From Flavobacteriales bacterium (GTDB lineage Bacteria; Bacteroidota; Bacteroidia; Flavobacteriales_F; PHOS-HE28): a stretch of DNA of 64,000 bases. The notes beneath the pieces were generated by a model. The model saw nothing but the letters and a program-made list of their open reading frames with translations. It did not search any database and was not told where the DNA came from. The translations under genes and the position numbers were made by a program. Below, one piece after another: positions 55,701 to 64,000 of this stretch; positions within the stretch are counted from its first letter, which is position 1; every line of letters starts with the position of its first letter. The stretch covers positions 69,964 to 133,963 of the forward strand of contig JAHCIA010000001.1 of NCBI GenBank assembly GCA_026129465.1. The letters run 5' to 3'.

Positions 55701-58700
55701 GGAGTATTACGTGGTGGCCCAGGACAACAACGACAACGTGGGCACCTTCCCGGCCGGTGGCGGAGGCTTCAGCGCCAACCCGCCCGCCGCCAGTGTGCCG
55801 CCGCCGGCCAGTGTGCTGAACATCGGCCTCATCCTCAACGGCACCTACCTGATCGGCAATGCGCAGCCCCCACCCTTCAATACACTGCGCACCGCCATCG
55901 ATGGGTACAACAACGCCTGCCTGACGGGGCCGGTGATCTACGAGTTGGTGGACGCCAGCTACACCACAGGTACGGGTGAGGTCTTCCCGATCGCCATCAA
56001 CAACAATGTGGATGCGAGCGCCACAAATACCTTCACCATACGGCCGGCCGCCGGCAATGCGGCCACTGTCCAGGGCACTTTGACGGGCGGCCCGATGATC
56101 GACCTTTTCGGGGCGCGCTATGTGACCTTCGATGGCTTGATGAGCGGCGGCGCTTCACTCACGATCGCCAACACCAGCACTGCGGCCACCAGTGGCACCA
56201 GCACCATGCGTTTCGCCAGCGATGCCGTGTTCAACACCATCACGCGCTGCGCGGTGCAGGGTTCGAGCACTTCGGCGGCCGGAACCAATGGAGGCAACAT
56301 CTGGTTCGGTGCCAACAGTAGCAGTACCGGCAACGACAACAACACGGTGAGCCTTTGCGACATCGGTCCCGCCGGCGGCAACCTGCCCAGCAAGGGCATC
56401 TACTTCACGGGCACCAGCAACGCCAATCCCGGCACAGGCAATAGCGGCAACGTCATCGACAACAACAACATCTTCGACGTTTTCCATCCCACGGTCAGTA
56501 CCGCCTTCATCGACGTCAACAGCGGTACGCCCATCCTGACGATCACCAACAACCGGATGTACCAGACGGCCACGCGCACCATCACGGATGGCAGCGTGAC
56601 CATTACCCATCACGGCATCCGGATCGCCAACACGAACGGCAACGGCTATACGGTGACAGGTAATACCATCGGCCATGCGGCCGCGGATGGCACGGGCACC
56701 TACAACCTGGTGTTCCCGGTCTCTGGTTCCTGTTTGACCTCCTTCGTGCCCATCCTGGTCAACGTGGGCATCACCACGGCGAGCAACGTGGACAACAACA
56801 TCATCCGCGGCATCGCGATGAGCGGTGCGGGCTGTGGCACGGGGACCACGGCGGTTTTCCGGGGTATTTACATAACGGCTGGCCTCACTACATGCAACGG
56901 CAATACCGTGGGAAGCACCACCAGCGCGGCGTCGATCACGCTCACATCCACAAGCGCCAGTGCCGCCGACGTCACAGCCATATACAATTTCGGTTCGAGC
57001 GACTGGACCACGAACAACAACCAGATCGGCGGCATCACCACCGGTGGCGGCACTGGTGCGCGGAATTTCTATGGTCTTCGCTGCAACACGACCTCGTCCA
57101 ATTCATGGACAGCGAACAACAATACCATCGGCGGCACGGTGGCCAACTCCATTGAGAGCGCATCCACGAGCACCGCCGCGCTGATGCGTGGCATATTGGT
57201 GGAATCGCCATCGGCGAGCCTGAGTGGCAACCTGGTGCGCAACCTCAATGCGGCGGGTGGCACGGGTACTTTCGTCTCAGCGAGTGTCATCGGCGTCAGC
57301 ATCACAGCCAGTTCGGCCAATCATACCCTGAGTGGCAATGCGATACACAGCCTTTCGAACACCAATGCTACAGGCACCCGCCATGTACTGGGTATCCACT
57401 TCAATGCCAGCACCGGTACCAACCTGCTTGAGAAGAACTTGGTGCACAGCCTCAACCTGGCCAGCACCGGTGGTACGCTGATCGGTATCAACAATCCCGG
57501 GGGTACGGTCACCATACGGAACAACATGGTGCGACTGGGCATCGACCAGGATGGCAACGACATCGCCGTTCCATGCTTCATCTATGGCATTTGGGACCAG
57601 GGGGGGACCAGGAACATCTGGCATAACAGCGTGTATATCGGTGGCGCCGACGTATCCAGCGGAGCCTCTGAAACCTTCGCTATTTATGCTGATGGAGCGA
57701 GCACGCGCAGCTACCGGAACAATATCCTGTTCAATGCGCGCAGCAACGCGGCAAGCGGGGCCAACCACTATGCCATCCGCATGTCCACGCTCACTGGACT
57801 CACCAGCGACCACAACAACCTGCACGTTTCCGGCAACGGCGGGCACATCGGATTCTTCACCAGTGCGCGCCTGACATTGAACGACTGGCGCACGGCCACC
57901 AGTGGCCGGGATGTGAACAGCCCCGGTGGGAACCCGCAATTCATCGCGCCCAATGGTACCGCGGCCACGGTGGACCTGCACATCCATCCAACGAACCCAA
58001 CGCCCATCGAAGGCACGGGCTTCGCGGTGGCGGTGACGGACGACTTCGACGGGGAGGACCGCAGCGCGCTCACGCCTGTGGATATCGGCGCCGATGCCGG
58101 TGACTTCGTCTTCGGCGACCTGGAGCCGCCCACGATCACCTACACGCCGCTTGGAAGCCCGGGTTGTGTCACTGGCATGCGTTCCCTGGATGTGACCATC
58201 ACGGACGTGGGTTCCGGTGTGCCCACCACAGGCATCGGCCAGCCGGTGCTCTACTGGCGCATCAACGGTGGTGGCTGGACCGGTGAGACGGCCACCACCA
58301 TCAGTGCGCCCACTTTCACATTCCAGTTCGGTGCGGGCACCAATGGCGGCGACCTTGTGGAGTACTATGTGGCGGCGCAGGACGGCAGCGACAACGTCAC
58401 CACGGAGCCCTTCGCCGGTGCATCGGGCTTCACGGCCGACCCACCCGCCGTGTCCACGGCTCCCACCACGCCCAGCAGCTACAGCATCAACTGGACGCTG
58501 AACGGAACCTACGCCGTGGGCACCGCCCAAGCGGCGCCATTCAATACGCTGACCGGTGCCATTGGAGCCTACAACGCGGCCTGCCTTACTGGTCCGGTGG
58601 TCTTCGAGTTGGAGGATGCCACCTACAGCACGGGCGAGACCTTCCCGATCACCATCGCTTACAATGCCGATGCGAGCAGCACGAATACGCTGACCATCCA

Positions 58701-61700
58701 GCCGGCGGCGAGCGTCACGCCCACCATCACAGGTTCCAGCACAGGCGCGATCCTGCTTCTCAATGGCGCGGATTGGATCCGCATAGAGGGCAGCAACGCA
58801 CCGGTGGCCAATGGTCTATGCCAGACGAATTCCGCGCGCCACCTGACGATCTCCAACACGAGTACCGGCACATCGAGCGCCGTGATCTGGCTGCAGAGCG
58901 CCGCCGGCCCGGCCTTCGGCGCCACCAACAACATCGTGCGCAACTGCATCGTCACCGGGAATTCCTCCACCACCACCTTGATGGGCATCGGTTCGGGCAG
59001 TGCCACGATCGGTACCGGGTCGCTGGGTGTGGACAACGACGGGAACACCTTCGAGAACAACGCGGTGTCGAGCTGCCAGATCGGCATCTACTCGGTGGGT
59101 GCCAGTGCCGCGAACAAGAACGAGGGCACGGCCATACGGTTCAACAACCTGAACACCCATGGGACCGCAGGCATTTTTGCTCGATTCGAGAACAGCATCG
59201 GCATCACAGGCAACAATGTGGATGGGGTTTTCAGAACAGGCGCGCTCGATGTGATGGGGATCTCGGTCGGGTTCGCACATTCATCAATCACTGCGACAGA
59301 AGCTGGGGTGGGAGAAGTGACCAACGCGACCATCACACACAATACGATCGGTTCGGTGGTGAACAACAACCAGTGGTCGGCGGTGGGTATCGCATACGGT
59401 GCTGCCACGACTGGTTCGTCCACAATAGCGAACAACACCGTCAGTGGAGTTGCGGCGAATGCCACCAACCCCGACATATCCGCTGGTATCCTCTTGGGCG
59501 GAGGAGCGGCCACAGTGAATGTCTACCACAATACGGTACGCATGCAAGGCACCATACCGGGTACTACGGCCGCGACCCAGACGGCTGCGGCTTTGGCCAT
59601 GGTGGGCGCCGGTGCATCGACCGACATCCGCAACAACATCCTGGTGAACACCCAGCAAGGGAATGCCGGAGCCTCACTACGATTCACGGCGATCGCGCTG
59701 GGTCATGCCACGTACACCTTCACCTCGAACAACAACGACCTGTTCGCTGGTGGTGGTGGACCGGGAACCTACACCACAGGCATCACGGGCGGTATCGTGG
59801 TTGGTACGAGCCGGGTAACATTGGCCATCTGGCAAGGCATCACGGGCAAGGACCTGCTGTCGCAGAACGTCTCACCAGCCTTCGTCAGTGCTACCGACCT
59901 GCACCTGAGTCCTACGTCAGCGGTGAATGGTGCGTTGGTAGGCACAGGGGCCAATGTGGGCATCGCCATCGACATCGATTGCGAAACCCGGCCCGCACTC
60001 CCCACCATTGGTGCTGATGAGTTCCGCGCCATCTATTACAGCCAGGCCACCGGTGATGTGAACGCACCCATCTGGGACGTGGTGCCTGTGGGCACGGCTG
60101 GTCCTGCCATTTGGGGCGCCGCCAGCAGCATGGTGGTACAGAACCCCCACTTGGTGACCAACACCGCCGATGTGGACGTGCGCGACCTGACCGTGGACAA
60201 TGGCGGCACGCTGACGCTGACGACCAACACCACCCTGACGGTGAACGGCGCCTCGGCCAGTTTCACCGGCGCCGGTGCGGTCGTCGCCGAGGATGACAGC
60301 GAATTGAAGATCGCCGGTGTGGGCGCCTTCGCGCTGAGCACCACCGCAAACCTCTTCCTCTTTGATCTGACGGTGGACCGTGACGGCACCACCACGGTGA
60401 GTGGTTCTGTGCGCCTGCAAGGCACCCTGCTGCTGGAGGACGGCGACTTCGATGCCACCACCGCCAACGTTCGCCTGCGCAGCAATGTCAATGGCACCGG
60501 CCGCTTGGGTCCGGTGGGCACCAACGCCAACTATCTGGGCGACCTGCGTGTGGCGCGCTGGATGCCCAACGGTGCCACCAATTGGCGCCTGATGGGCAGC
60601 CCGGTGCTGGGCGCCACGGTGCAGCAGTGGGATGACAACGTGATCACCGGCGGCTTCCCCGGAAGCGACTACCCGAACTTCGACAACCCGGTGGGCAGTG
60701 GCATCCTGTGGCCCAGCGTGCGCTTGTACGCCGAGGAGACCGAGGACCCGGACCCACTCGAGGGCCTGGTCAGCATCGAGAACGTCACCAGTCCGCTGGT
60801 GGCCGGTCGCGGCTACGCCATCTGGTGCGGCAATGGATCGGTGAACAGCAACCCTTTTCAGATCGATGTGACCGGCCCGCCGCGCATCGCCAAGACACCC
60901 TTCACCCTGCCGATGACCTGGACGGAGAGCACGCCCCCCGCACCCGCAGCCGACGGCTGGAACCTGGTGAGCAACCCGCTGGCCAGTCCGATCGATTTCG
61001 ACCTGCTCTCCCTGGGTGGCGATGTGGAGGAAGGCTATTACATCTACAATCCGGATGATGGCACCACGGCCTACTGGGATGCCGTGCTGGGCACGAGCTT
61101 CCCCAATGGCGTGCTCAACGGTGTGATCCAAAGCAGCCAGGGCTTCTGGTTGAAGGCCAATGGCGGTGCCGTGACCACCACGGTGGACGAGAGCGCCAAG
61201 GTGGCCGGCAACAGCGGAGGCCTCTGGGGCGCCGGTGAGGAGGTGGCCGACCTGCTGCGTTTGCGCGTCACCGGCGATCAGAACGCGTTCAACGACGAGG
61301 CCGCCGTGCTCTTCGCACAGGGCAGCCCCGCCTTTGGCCCGGGCGATGCGGCCAAGATGCCGCACAGCCACCTGGACGCCCCCCGCATCGCCACGCACAG
61401 CAGTGATGGACATGCTTTGGTGCTGAACCGCTTCGGCGCCTACACCAGCGACATCACCATCCCGGTCTCCATCCGGGCGGGTGTGGCGGGCACCTACACG
61501 ATCACCTTCACCCATGGTGAGATGACCGCGCTGGGTTGTTTGCGCCTGGAGGATCTGGAGACGGGCATCTTCACCCCGGTGGTGGATGGTGAGAGCTACA
61601 CCTTCACCCAGGCCGCTACCGGCGAAGAGGCTGTGATGCGCTTTGTACTGCATGCCGCCACACCGCTCACCCTCACCACGCAGAACGCCATCTGCGGCGG

Positions 61701-62634
61701 CACGGCCACTGGCGAAGCCCTGGTGGACCTCGGCAGCCAGGTGGCCAACGTCACCTGGAGCGACGGCTTCGGCAACCCGCTGCTGGTGCAGAACGGCATC
61801 ACCGGACAGGCGGTCTTCGCGGGCCTGCAAGCCGGGGAGTACAGCGTGCTGGTGGAGGTGGACGGCTGCGGTCCTTCGGAGCAGACCTTCCTGATCACCG
61901 CACCGGAAGTGATGAGCGCCACGGTGGAGACCCTGGACGCCACCTGCCCGGACACCATGGATGGCCAACTCAGTGTGGACGTGCTCGGCGGTGCGCTGCC
62001 CTACACCTACCTATGGAGCAATGGCGCCACGGAAGCCTCCATCGCCGTGGTGGCGGGCAACTACTCGGTGATCGTGACCGATGCCCAAGGCTGCGACCTG
62101 GAGGTGGGTGGTCTGGTCGTGGGCTCAGGCCCGGCGCCGGAAGCCGCCTTTGAGGTTGAGCAGACGACCGTGGTCATCAACACACCGGTCCACTTCACCA
62201 ACACCAGTGTCGGTGGCGCGGGCTACCTCTGGGACTTCGGCGATGGTGCGAGCTCCACCGAGGTGGAACCCACGCATACCTACACCATGCCCGGTGTGTA
62301 TACCGTGACGCTGACGGCCTTCGGTGGCGTGTGCAGCATCAGTTGGTCCATGGACATCGTGGTGGAACTGGGCACTGGTCTGTCCGATTCCATGCTGCCG
62401 GGCGTCAACGCCTGGGGCGCCGAGGGCCTGTTCTTCGTGGAGCATGGCTTCGAGGGTGGCACCCTGTACGTGGAAGTGCTGGATGCCGCCGGCAAGCTGC
62501 ACCGCCAGTGGAATCTGGGCGCCGCACCCGGCCGGGTGACCTTGCCGGCCGATGGCCTGAGCACCGGCATCTGGCTGCTGCGCGTGACCCATGGCCACCA
62601 GACACGCACCTTCAGGATACCGTTGATGCGCTGA
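49744..62634 (+). CDS. Giant T9SS cargo protein (4296 aa): four tandem right-handed parallel beta-helix modules separated by three Ig-like domains, then a C-terminal cassette of SprB repeats, PKD and a type-A T9SS sorting domain.
   Basis: The signal peptide is MKRFLTPVLRSAMIAVAMVAFLGSQAQ. There are hundreds of NN.I.G....G 22-aa coil repeats (for example NNQIGGITTGGG..., GNTIGHAA...). The Ig-like domains are ISYTPLSSACGTGARTLSASITDASGVPT, VYTPLTTPSCDLSTRVLTATITDASGVPT and TYTPLGSPGCVTGMRSLDVTITDVGSGVPT. The CTD is GGTLYVEVLDAAGKLHRQWNL...GIWLLRV. Confidence 0.75.
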   Translation: MKRFLTPVLRSAMIAVAMVAFLGSQAQVDVSGALVGNGTYGTLGAAFTAINGGAQTGANILIEITGNTTEPASATLNAGAWATVTINPSGGATRTISGNLAAPLINLNGADNVTIDGLNSGGNALVIENTSSAATAGTSAVRFIADAVNNVVRKCTIRGSNTTGAAGNGTIFFSTGTSTGNDNNLIEECVITAAGSNLPQIAISSTGTSVAVDNSGNTVSGCEISDYFNASTASTGLYLVSNSSGWTISDNKFFQTATRTATSGAIHRAIYINTASGSGYSITGNTIGFANTVGTGTTSYAGAIANRFIGIECVAAATPVSSIQGNTVAGISLATTSGATTTPGVFGGIVANAGVNIGTVTGNTIGAATGTGSIAITSSTGGGRSYGIYATSSTGAIDIRNNTVAGITYAGATAAIGTNLNAIEVNAAGSGTTLNIVDNQVGSATAGSLTIGLAGTTTGTCSLLGIASAGAAGTVNISNNVLRGVTMHSTTSNFIGIQSTGNVSVANNITDNQLGNAGAGVVNFTRANSGTFTGITVTSGTSASSLSITGNDLRGVVYDLASSGANTYVSNTGAVLNTNISSNTFTNLSVNTTGNVTFISNSVIRPANAVTNVNNNGIVTGFSKTGSGGAVQLYLSNSSTPSTGSDTNTGNDFSNITLTGATSFAGWQNTDGSTFSPYGPQKNVSNNTFSNIILGSGASNILQVGYSRTTATNTVANNAITNISGTGSITAINMQQGPHDITGNTIRGITSTGTAAEVIGIRQAQMGVGTMNIRGNLIADMQSGGTTAGLVRGIDLVGGTSGTTTNVVNNRIGDLRMPACNSTTAFLHGFHANMGTTGFNISLSYNTIYLSATSSGASFTTAAVYCNTAPTLTMRNNILVNMSTPNGAGNRTIAYRQAATGLTNYGAASNNNLFYADTPGPTRVIHWNGTTAYETLASWQAFASPRDANSVSELPPFLSTDPTNADYLKIDPTVATQIESGGIAIAGIDDDFEGDIRFGSVGYTGGGAAPDIGADEFEGVLLDIAAPIISYTPLSSACGTGARTLSASITDASGVPTSGDGLPRLRWRINAGAWAYVTGVHISGSTYEFTFGASAAEGDVVEYYVVAQDNAGTPNVGAFPAAGAGGFGADPPAASTPPTTPSSYTVLAVLAGTYNVGSGEPAPFNSLPSAIAHYHASCLGGAVVYQLMDASYPLASTLAINNHPDASSVNTLTIRPNAATAVLVSGTIASNPLINMNGARFVIFDGLNTGGATLTIRNASTSAGTGTSTIRFINDAVNDTIRNCTLEAAHQLGGILESGVLVFAGGATTGNDDIVIANNIIGAVSGGTVGKAIYGNGSTGSLAVHNSGVRILDNEIRDYFLPAATHYGLFLNTGCTNWTISGNKFYQTAARVTSTTSAHRMLEINTASFADVGGYDISGNTFGFANASGTGIYDISGTNGSLRAIHLGLNSGNTVLTNIDGNIFGGISLGTTTSGTTSNSPFQMIFVNSGLVNIGVNAGNIIGSQTANSLSFTTTSSSSTDVYAIHNFSLLPTTISNNVIGGITANLGTSSLTSILSGITVNTSSSVASTVSNNTVGGTVAHSIRQTGATTGSVVRGIAFVTSSATVADNLVRNLSNDDGQAAVGAASAVTGLWFGSTGVNHTVSRNTVHSLRSTNAAGTRAVLGMYYTSSSGTNIVERNLIHSLDAAATGATLVGINIAGGTTTYRNNMIRLGVDAAGASITVPLTINGIWDVSGATSLHHNSVYIGGSGVGGTANDSWCLYTASSGPVRNWRNNIFHNARSNAGAGGKHYAIRAISVSGLTSNYNLLYASGNGGVLGFFSFDRPTLASWQLIGQDANSVTGDPRYINPEGDAATLDLHIDPVLPTPIEGTGVLIATVTDDFDAETRSGLTPTDIGADAGDFVFGEATPPTIVYTPLTTPSCDLSTRVLTATITDASGVPTAGVGLPRLRWRVNAGAWNYETAVWLGGDNYEFTFAPGLVSADVVEYYVVAQDNNDNVGTFPAGGGGFSANPPAASVPPPASVLNIGLILNGTYLIGNAQPPPFNTLRTAIDGYNNACLTGPVIYELVDASYTTGTGEVFPIAINNNVDASATNTFTIRPAAGNAATVQGTLTGGPMIDLFGARYVTFDGLMSGGASLTIANTSTAATSGTSTMRFASDAVFNTITRCAVQGSSTSAAGTNGGNIWFGANSSSTGNDNNTVSLCDIGPAGGNLPSKGIYFTGTSNANPGTGNSGNVIDNNNIFDVFHPTVSTAFIDVNSGTPILTITNNRMYQTATRTITDGSVTITHHGIRIANTNGNGYTVTGNTIGHAAADGTGTYNLVFPVSGSCLTSFVPILVNVGITTASNVDNNIIRGIAMSGAGCGTGTTAVFRGIYITAGLTTCNGNTVGSTTSAASITLTSTSASAADVTAIYNFGSSDWTTNNNQIGGITTGGGTGARNFYGLRCNTTSSNSWTANNNTIGGTVANSIESASTSTAALMRGILVESPSASLSGNLVRNLNAAGGTGTFVSASVIGVSITASSANHTLSGNAIHSLSNTNATGTRHVLGIHFNASTGTNLLEKNLVHSLNLASTGGTLIGINNPGGTVTIRNNMVRLGIDQDGNDIAVPCFIYGIWDQGGTRNIWHNSVYIGGADVSSGASETFAIYADGASTRSYRNNILFNARSNAASGANHYAIRMSTLTGLTSDHNNLHVSGNGGHIGFFTSARLTLNDWRTATSGRDVNSPGGNPQFIAPNGTAATVDLHIHPTNPTPIEGTGFAVAVTDDFDGEDRSALTPVDIGADAGDFVFGDLEPPTITYTPLGSPGCVTGMRSLDVTITDVGSGVPTTGIGQPVLYWRINGGGWTGETATTISAPTFTFQFGAGTNGGDLVEYYVAAQDGSDNVTTEPFAGASGFTADPPAVSTAPTTPSSYSINWTLNGTYAVGTAQAAPFNTLTGAIGAYNAACLTGPVVFELEDATYSTGETFPITIAYNADASSTNTLTIQPAASVTPTITGSSTGAILLLNGADWIRIEGSNAPVANGLCQTNSARHLTISNTSTGTSSAVIWLQSAAGPAFGATNNIVRNCIVTGNSSTTTLMGIGSGSATIGTGSLGVDNDGNTFENNAVSSCQIGIYSVGASAANKNEGTAIRFNNLNTHGTAGIFARFENSIGITGNNVDGVFRTGALDVMGISVGFAHSSITATEAGVGEVTNATITHNTIGSVVNNNQWSAVGIAYGAATTGSSTIANNTVSGVAANATNPDISAGILLGGGAATVNVYHNTVRMQGTIPGTTAATQTAAALAMVGAGASTDIRNNILVNTQQGNAGASLRFTAIALGHATYTFTSNNNDLFAGGGGPGTYTTGITGGIVVGTSRVTLAIWQGITGKDLLSQNVSPAFVSATDLHLSPTSAVNGALVGTGANVGIAIDIDCETRPALPTIGADEFRAIYYSQATGDVNAPIWDVVPVGTAGPAIWGAASSMVVQNPHLVTNTADVDVRDLTVDNGGTLTLTTNTTLTVNGASASFTGAGAVVAEDDSELKIAGVGAFALSTTANLFLFDLTVDRDGTTTVSGSVRLQGTLLLEDGDFDATTANVRLRSNVNGTGRLGPVGTNANYLGDLRVARWMPNGATNWRLMGSPVLGATVQQWDDNVITGGFPGSDYPNFDNPVGSGILWPSVRLYAEETEDPDPLEGLVSIENVTSPLVAGRGYAIWCGNGSVNSNPFQIDVTGPPRIAKTPFTLPMTWTESTPPAPAADGWNLVSNPLASPIDFDLLSLGGDVEEGYYIYNPDDGTTAYWDAVLGTSFPNGVLNGVIQSSQGFWLKANGGAVTTTVDESAKVAGNSGGLWGAGEEVADLLRLRVTGDQNAFNDEAAVLFAQGSPAFGPGDAAKMPHSHLDAPRIATHSSDGHALVLNRFGAYTSDITIPVSIRAGVAGTYTITFTHGEMTALGCLRLEDLETGIFTPVVDGESYTFTQAATGEEAVMRFVLHAATPLTLTTQNAICGGTATGEALVDLGSQVANVTWSDGFGNPLLVQNGITGQAVFAGLQAGEYSVLVEVDGCGPSEQTFLITAPEVMSATVETLDATCPDTMDGQLSVDVLGGALPYTYLWSNGATEASIAVVAGNYSVIVTDAQGCDLEVGGLVVGSGPAPEAAFEVEQTTVVINTPVHFTNTSVGGAGYLWDFGDGASSTEVEPTHTYTMPGVYTVTLTAFGGVCSISWSMDIVVELGTGLSDSMLPGVNAWGAEGLFFVEHGFEGGTLYVEVLDAAGKLHRQWNLGAAPGRVTLPADGLSTGIWLLRVTHGHQTRTFRIPLMR
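50480..60030 (+). repeat. Intragenic tandem modular repeats: the first unit is ~3.4 kb and the next three are ~2.65 kb. Ig-like anchors sit at ~52830, ~55480 and ~58135.
   Basis: Anchor peptides recur at 2650- to 2667-nt spacing, for example WTISDNKFFQTATR at 50481, WTISGNKFYQTAAR at 53874 and TITNNRMYQTATR at 56545. Confidence 0.6.
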
Positions 62635-62658
62635 CAGAGGCGCCTCTGAGCAATGGCC

Positions 62659-62686
62659 AGCCCCCCTCACCATGTGGTGTGGGGGG
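62659..62686 (+). terminator. Hairpin terminator after the giant gene (agcccccctcac/gtgtggggggct with one mismatch, then TGTCTATT).
   Basis: Read directly from the sequence. Confidence 0.5.
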
Positions 62687-62910
62687 CTTGTCTATTCAAG
62701 GCCTTGGACCCCTCCGGTGGACGATATGACCTTGAGGGACAGAAGGTCATGAAGCAAGGCCTGGGCCCCGATGAACAAAAGTTTCTTGACACGGGGCATG
62801 GATCCCCCACACATTTGCCGACCTGCGCAAATCCGGTTTCGACCAATTGCACTTATTCGTAGATGGGTCGAACAGATTTTGCGACAAAGCAACTGATAAC
62901 CCCGACGAAG

Positions 62911-64000
62911 ATGGTCAAGGCATACGTCCTGATGTTCGTGCTGCGTGTCACTGTACTGGCCAGTCTGGCTTGGATGTTCGCGTTCACCCAGGTCTTCGCC
63001 CAAAGCATGGGCGACCACCGCAGTTACCAGAGCGGTGATTGGAGCGACCCTGGTACATGGGAACTATGGGATGGTGCCAATTGGATCCAGGAGTACAATG
63101 TGTTATACCCAGGTTCCGTAACACTGCCCGGCGATGGTTTTCCTGTGATAGGAAGCACAGCCACGAGTGCGAAGACGAACACCAACAATGTGGCCCATGT
63201 CATCACCCTGCCCATGGGGATCGTGGCCGGCGACCTCATCCTGGTCTTCTGGACCGATGCGGACAATAGCGGTACCAACCCGACCCTTGCGGGATACACG
63301 CAACTGGCATCGAGCAACAGCAGTGATGCTGATGTCTATCGGAAGGTGTGGTACCGTATAGCCGATGGGACGGAAGGGGCGACGGTCTCCACCAATGCAT
63401 TCGGTGACCGCAGTGCGCATGTGACGTACCGCATCGAGGCTGGAACCTACCAAGGTGTGCCCTTCATATCCGCCAATGCCAATGGCACGAACAATGCCCC
63501 GAACCCGGCCAACCTGGATCCCGGACTCGGATCGCAGAATTATCTCTGGATCGCCAGTGCCCATGCGGCCGAGTCCCAGACCTTCACCATTCCGGACGAT
63601 TTCACCGATGCATTGGACGCCCGGTCCACCGCCAGCAGTACCAATTCCAACCAATGCCAGGTGATCACGGCCAGGCAATTCCTGGAAGGAACCGCTTTGG
63701 ACCCTGGTGCCTTTTCGTTGGGAGGCAATGCCACCCATACGGCATGGACGGTGGCAGTTCAGGGCTTCGGAGGTACCTACCCCCACCCGGTGATCGTCAA
63801 TTCCGCCACCGGGGTGCAGAGTGGTGCCAATGTGACCTCACACGCGATCGCCATTCCGGAGGGACTTGCCGGAGACATGCTGGTGACCGTATTCTCCGTG
63901 GACGGCAATCCAACGGTGACCACCACCAGCACGGGGTGGAACAAGCTCGGGCAAGGCAACGAAGGTTCCGTGGTGGGTGCCGTTTTCTGGAAAATGGCAT
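62911..64000 (+). CDS. Third large secreted protein of the locus, 3'-partial (at least 363 aa, running off the window). It is not in the ORF track because no stop lies in the window. It contains a repeated ~200-aa module.
   Basis: Hand translation from ATG 62911 (MVKAYVLMFVLRVTVLASLAWMFAFTQVFAQS) is stop-free to position 64000. ATG 62863 is an alternative start and is preceded by TAG. VAHVITLPMGIVAGDLILVFW recurs as VTSHAIAIPEGLAGDMLVTVF. Confidence 0.65.
   Translation, partial: MVKAYVLMFVLRVTVLASLAWMFAFTQVFAQSMGDHRSYQSGDWSDPGTWELWDGANWIQEYNVLYPGSVTLPGDGFPVIGSTATSAKTNTNNVAHVITLPMGIVAGDLILVFWTDADNSGTNPTLAGYTQLASSNSSDADVYRKVWYRIADGTEGATVSTNAFGDRSAHVTYRIEAGTYQGVPFISANANGTNNAPNPANLDPGLGSQNYLWIASAHAAESQTFTIPDDFTDALDARSTASSTNSNQCQVITARQFLEGTALDPGAFSLGGNATHTAWTVAVQGFGGTYPHPVIVNSATGVQSGANVTSHAIAIPEGLAGDMLVTVFSVDGNPTVTTTSTGWNKLGQGNEGSVVGAVFWKMA

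Overview
This is a 64-kb, high-GC (~65%) chromosomal segment that looks Bacteroidota-like (or a close FCB-group relative). Supporting marks are a CHU_C gliding C-terminal domain, SprB repeats, T9SS type-A C-terminal sorting domains, DUF1599 beside folP, a BT_3928-type DoxX fusion next to tpiA, and TTG-N19/20-TAnnTTTG promoters. Most of the window is housekeeping or envelope genes: trmD-rplS, folP, tpiA, prmA, plsY, clpS, an OlsF-like aminolipid acyltransferase, an LpxH-like phosphoesterase, an MMPL/RND exporter, an M48 peptidase and an ABC permease. Accessory content includes two convergent membrane class-III nucleotidyl cyclases and a recently inserted IS1-family element with 19-bp terminal IRs and an 8-bp target duplication that also carries a 72-aa lysine-rich passenger ORF. 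There is a decayed tyrosine-integrase pseudogene with an in-frame TAA, and two homologous long-range inverted-repeat leader elements built on GTTGTCAGT/ACTGACAAC sit upstream of the ABC-permease and prmA genes. A secreted PD40/TolB-like protein of about 2050 aa carries a ~1300-aa Ala/Glu/Arg-rich coiled coil and two C-terminal SPOR domains. A 3.8-kb gene encodes 14 tandem ~75-aa Cys-containing repeats ending in a CHU_C domain. After tRNA-Arg(ACG) comes a ~19-kb locus of three giant secreted genes, two of them T9SS-cargo with a CTD and the third truncated by the window end. These are a 1471-aa P-domain/SprB/PKD protein, a 4296-aa protein of four tandem parallel beta-helix modules separated by three Ig-like domains, and a third gene absent from the ORF track that runs off the window. 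The first two share a diverged ~750-aa C-terminal cassette, and the giant gene's leader carries C11 and G7 homopolymer tracts. Many long antisense ORFs in the track are GC-bias artefacts. No CRISPR array, rRNA gene or recognisable defence or toxin system was seen.
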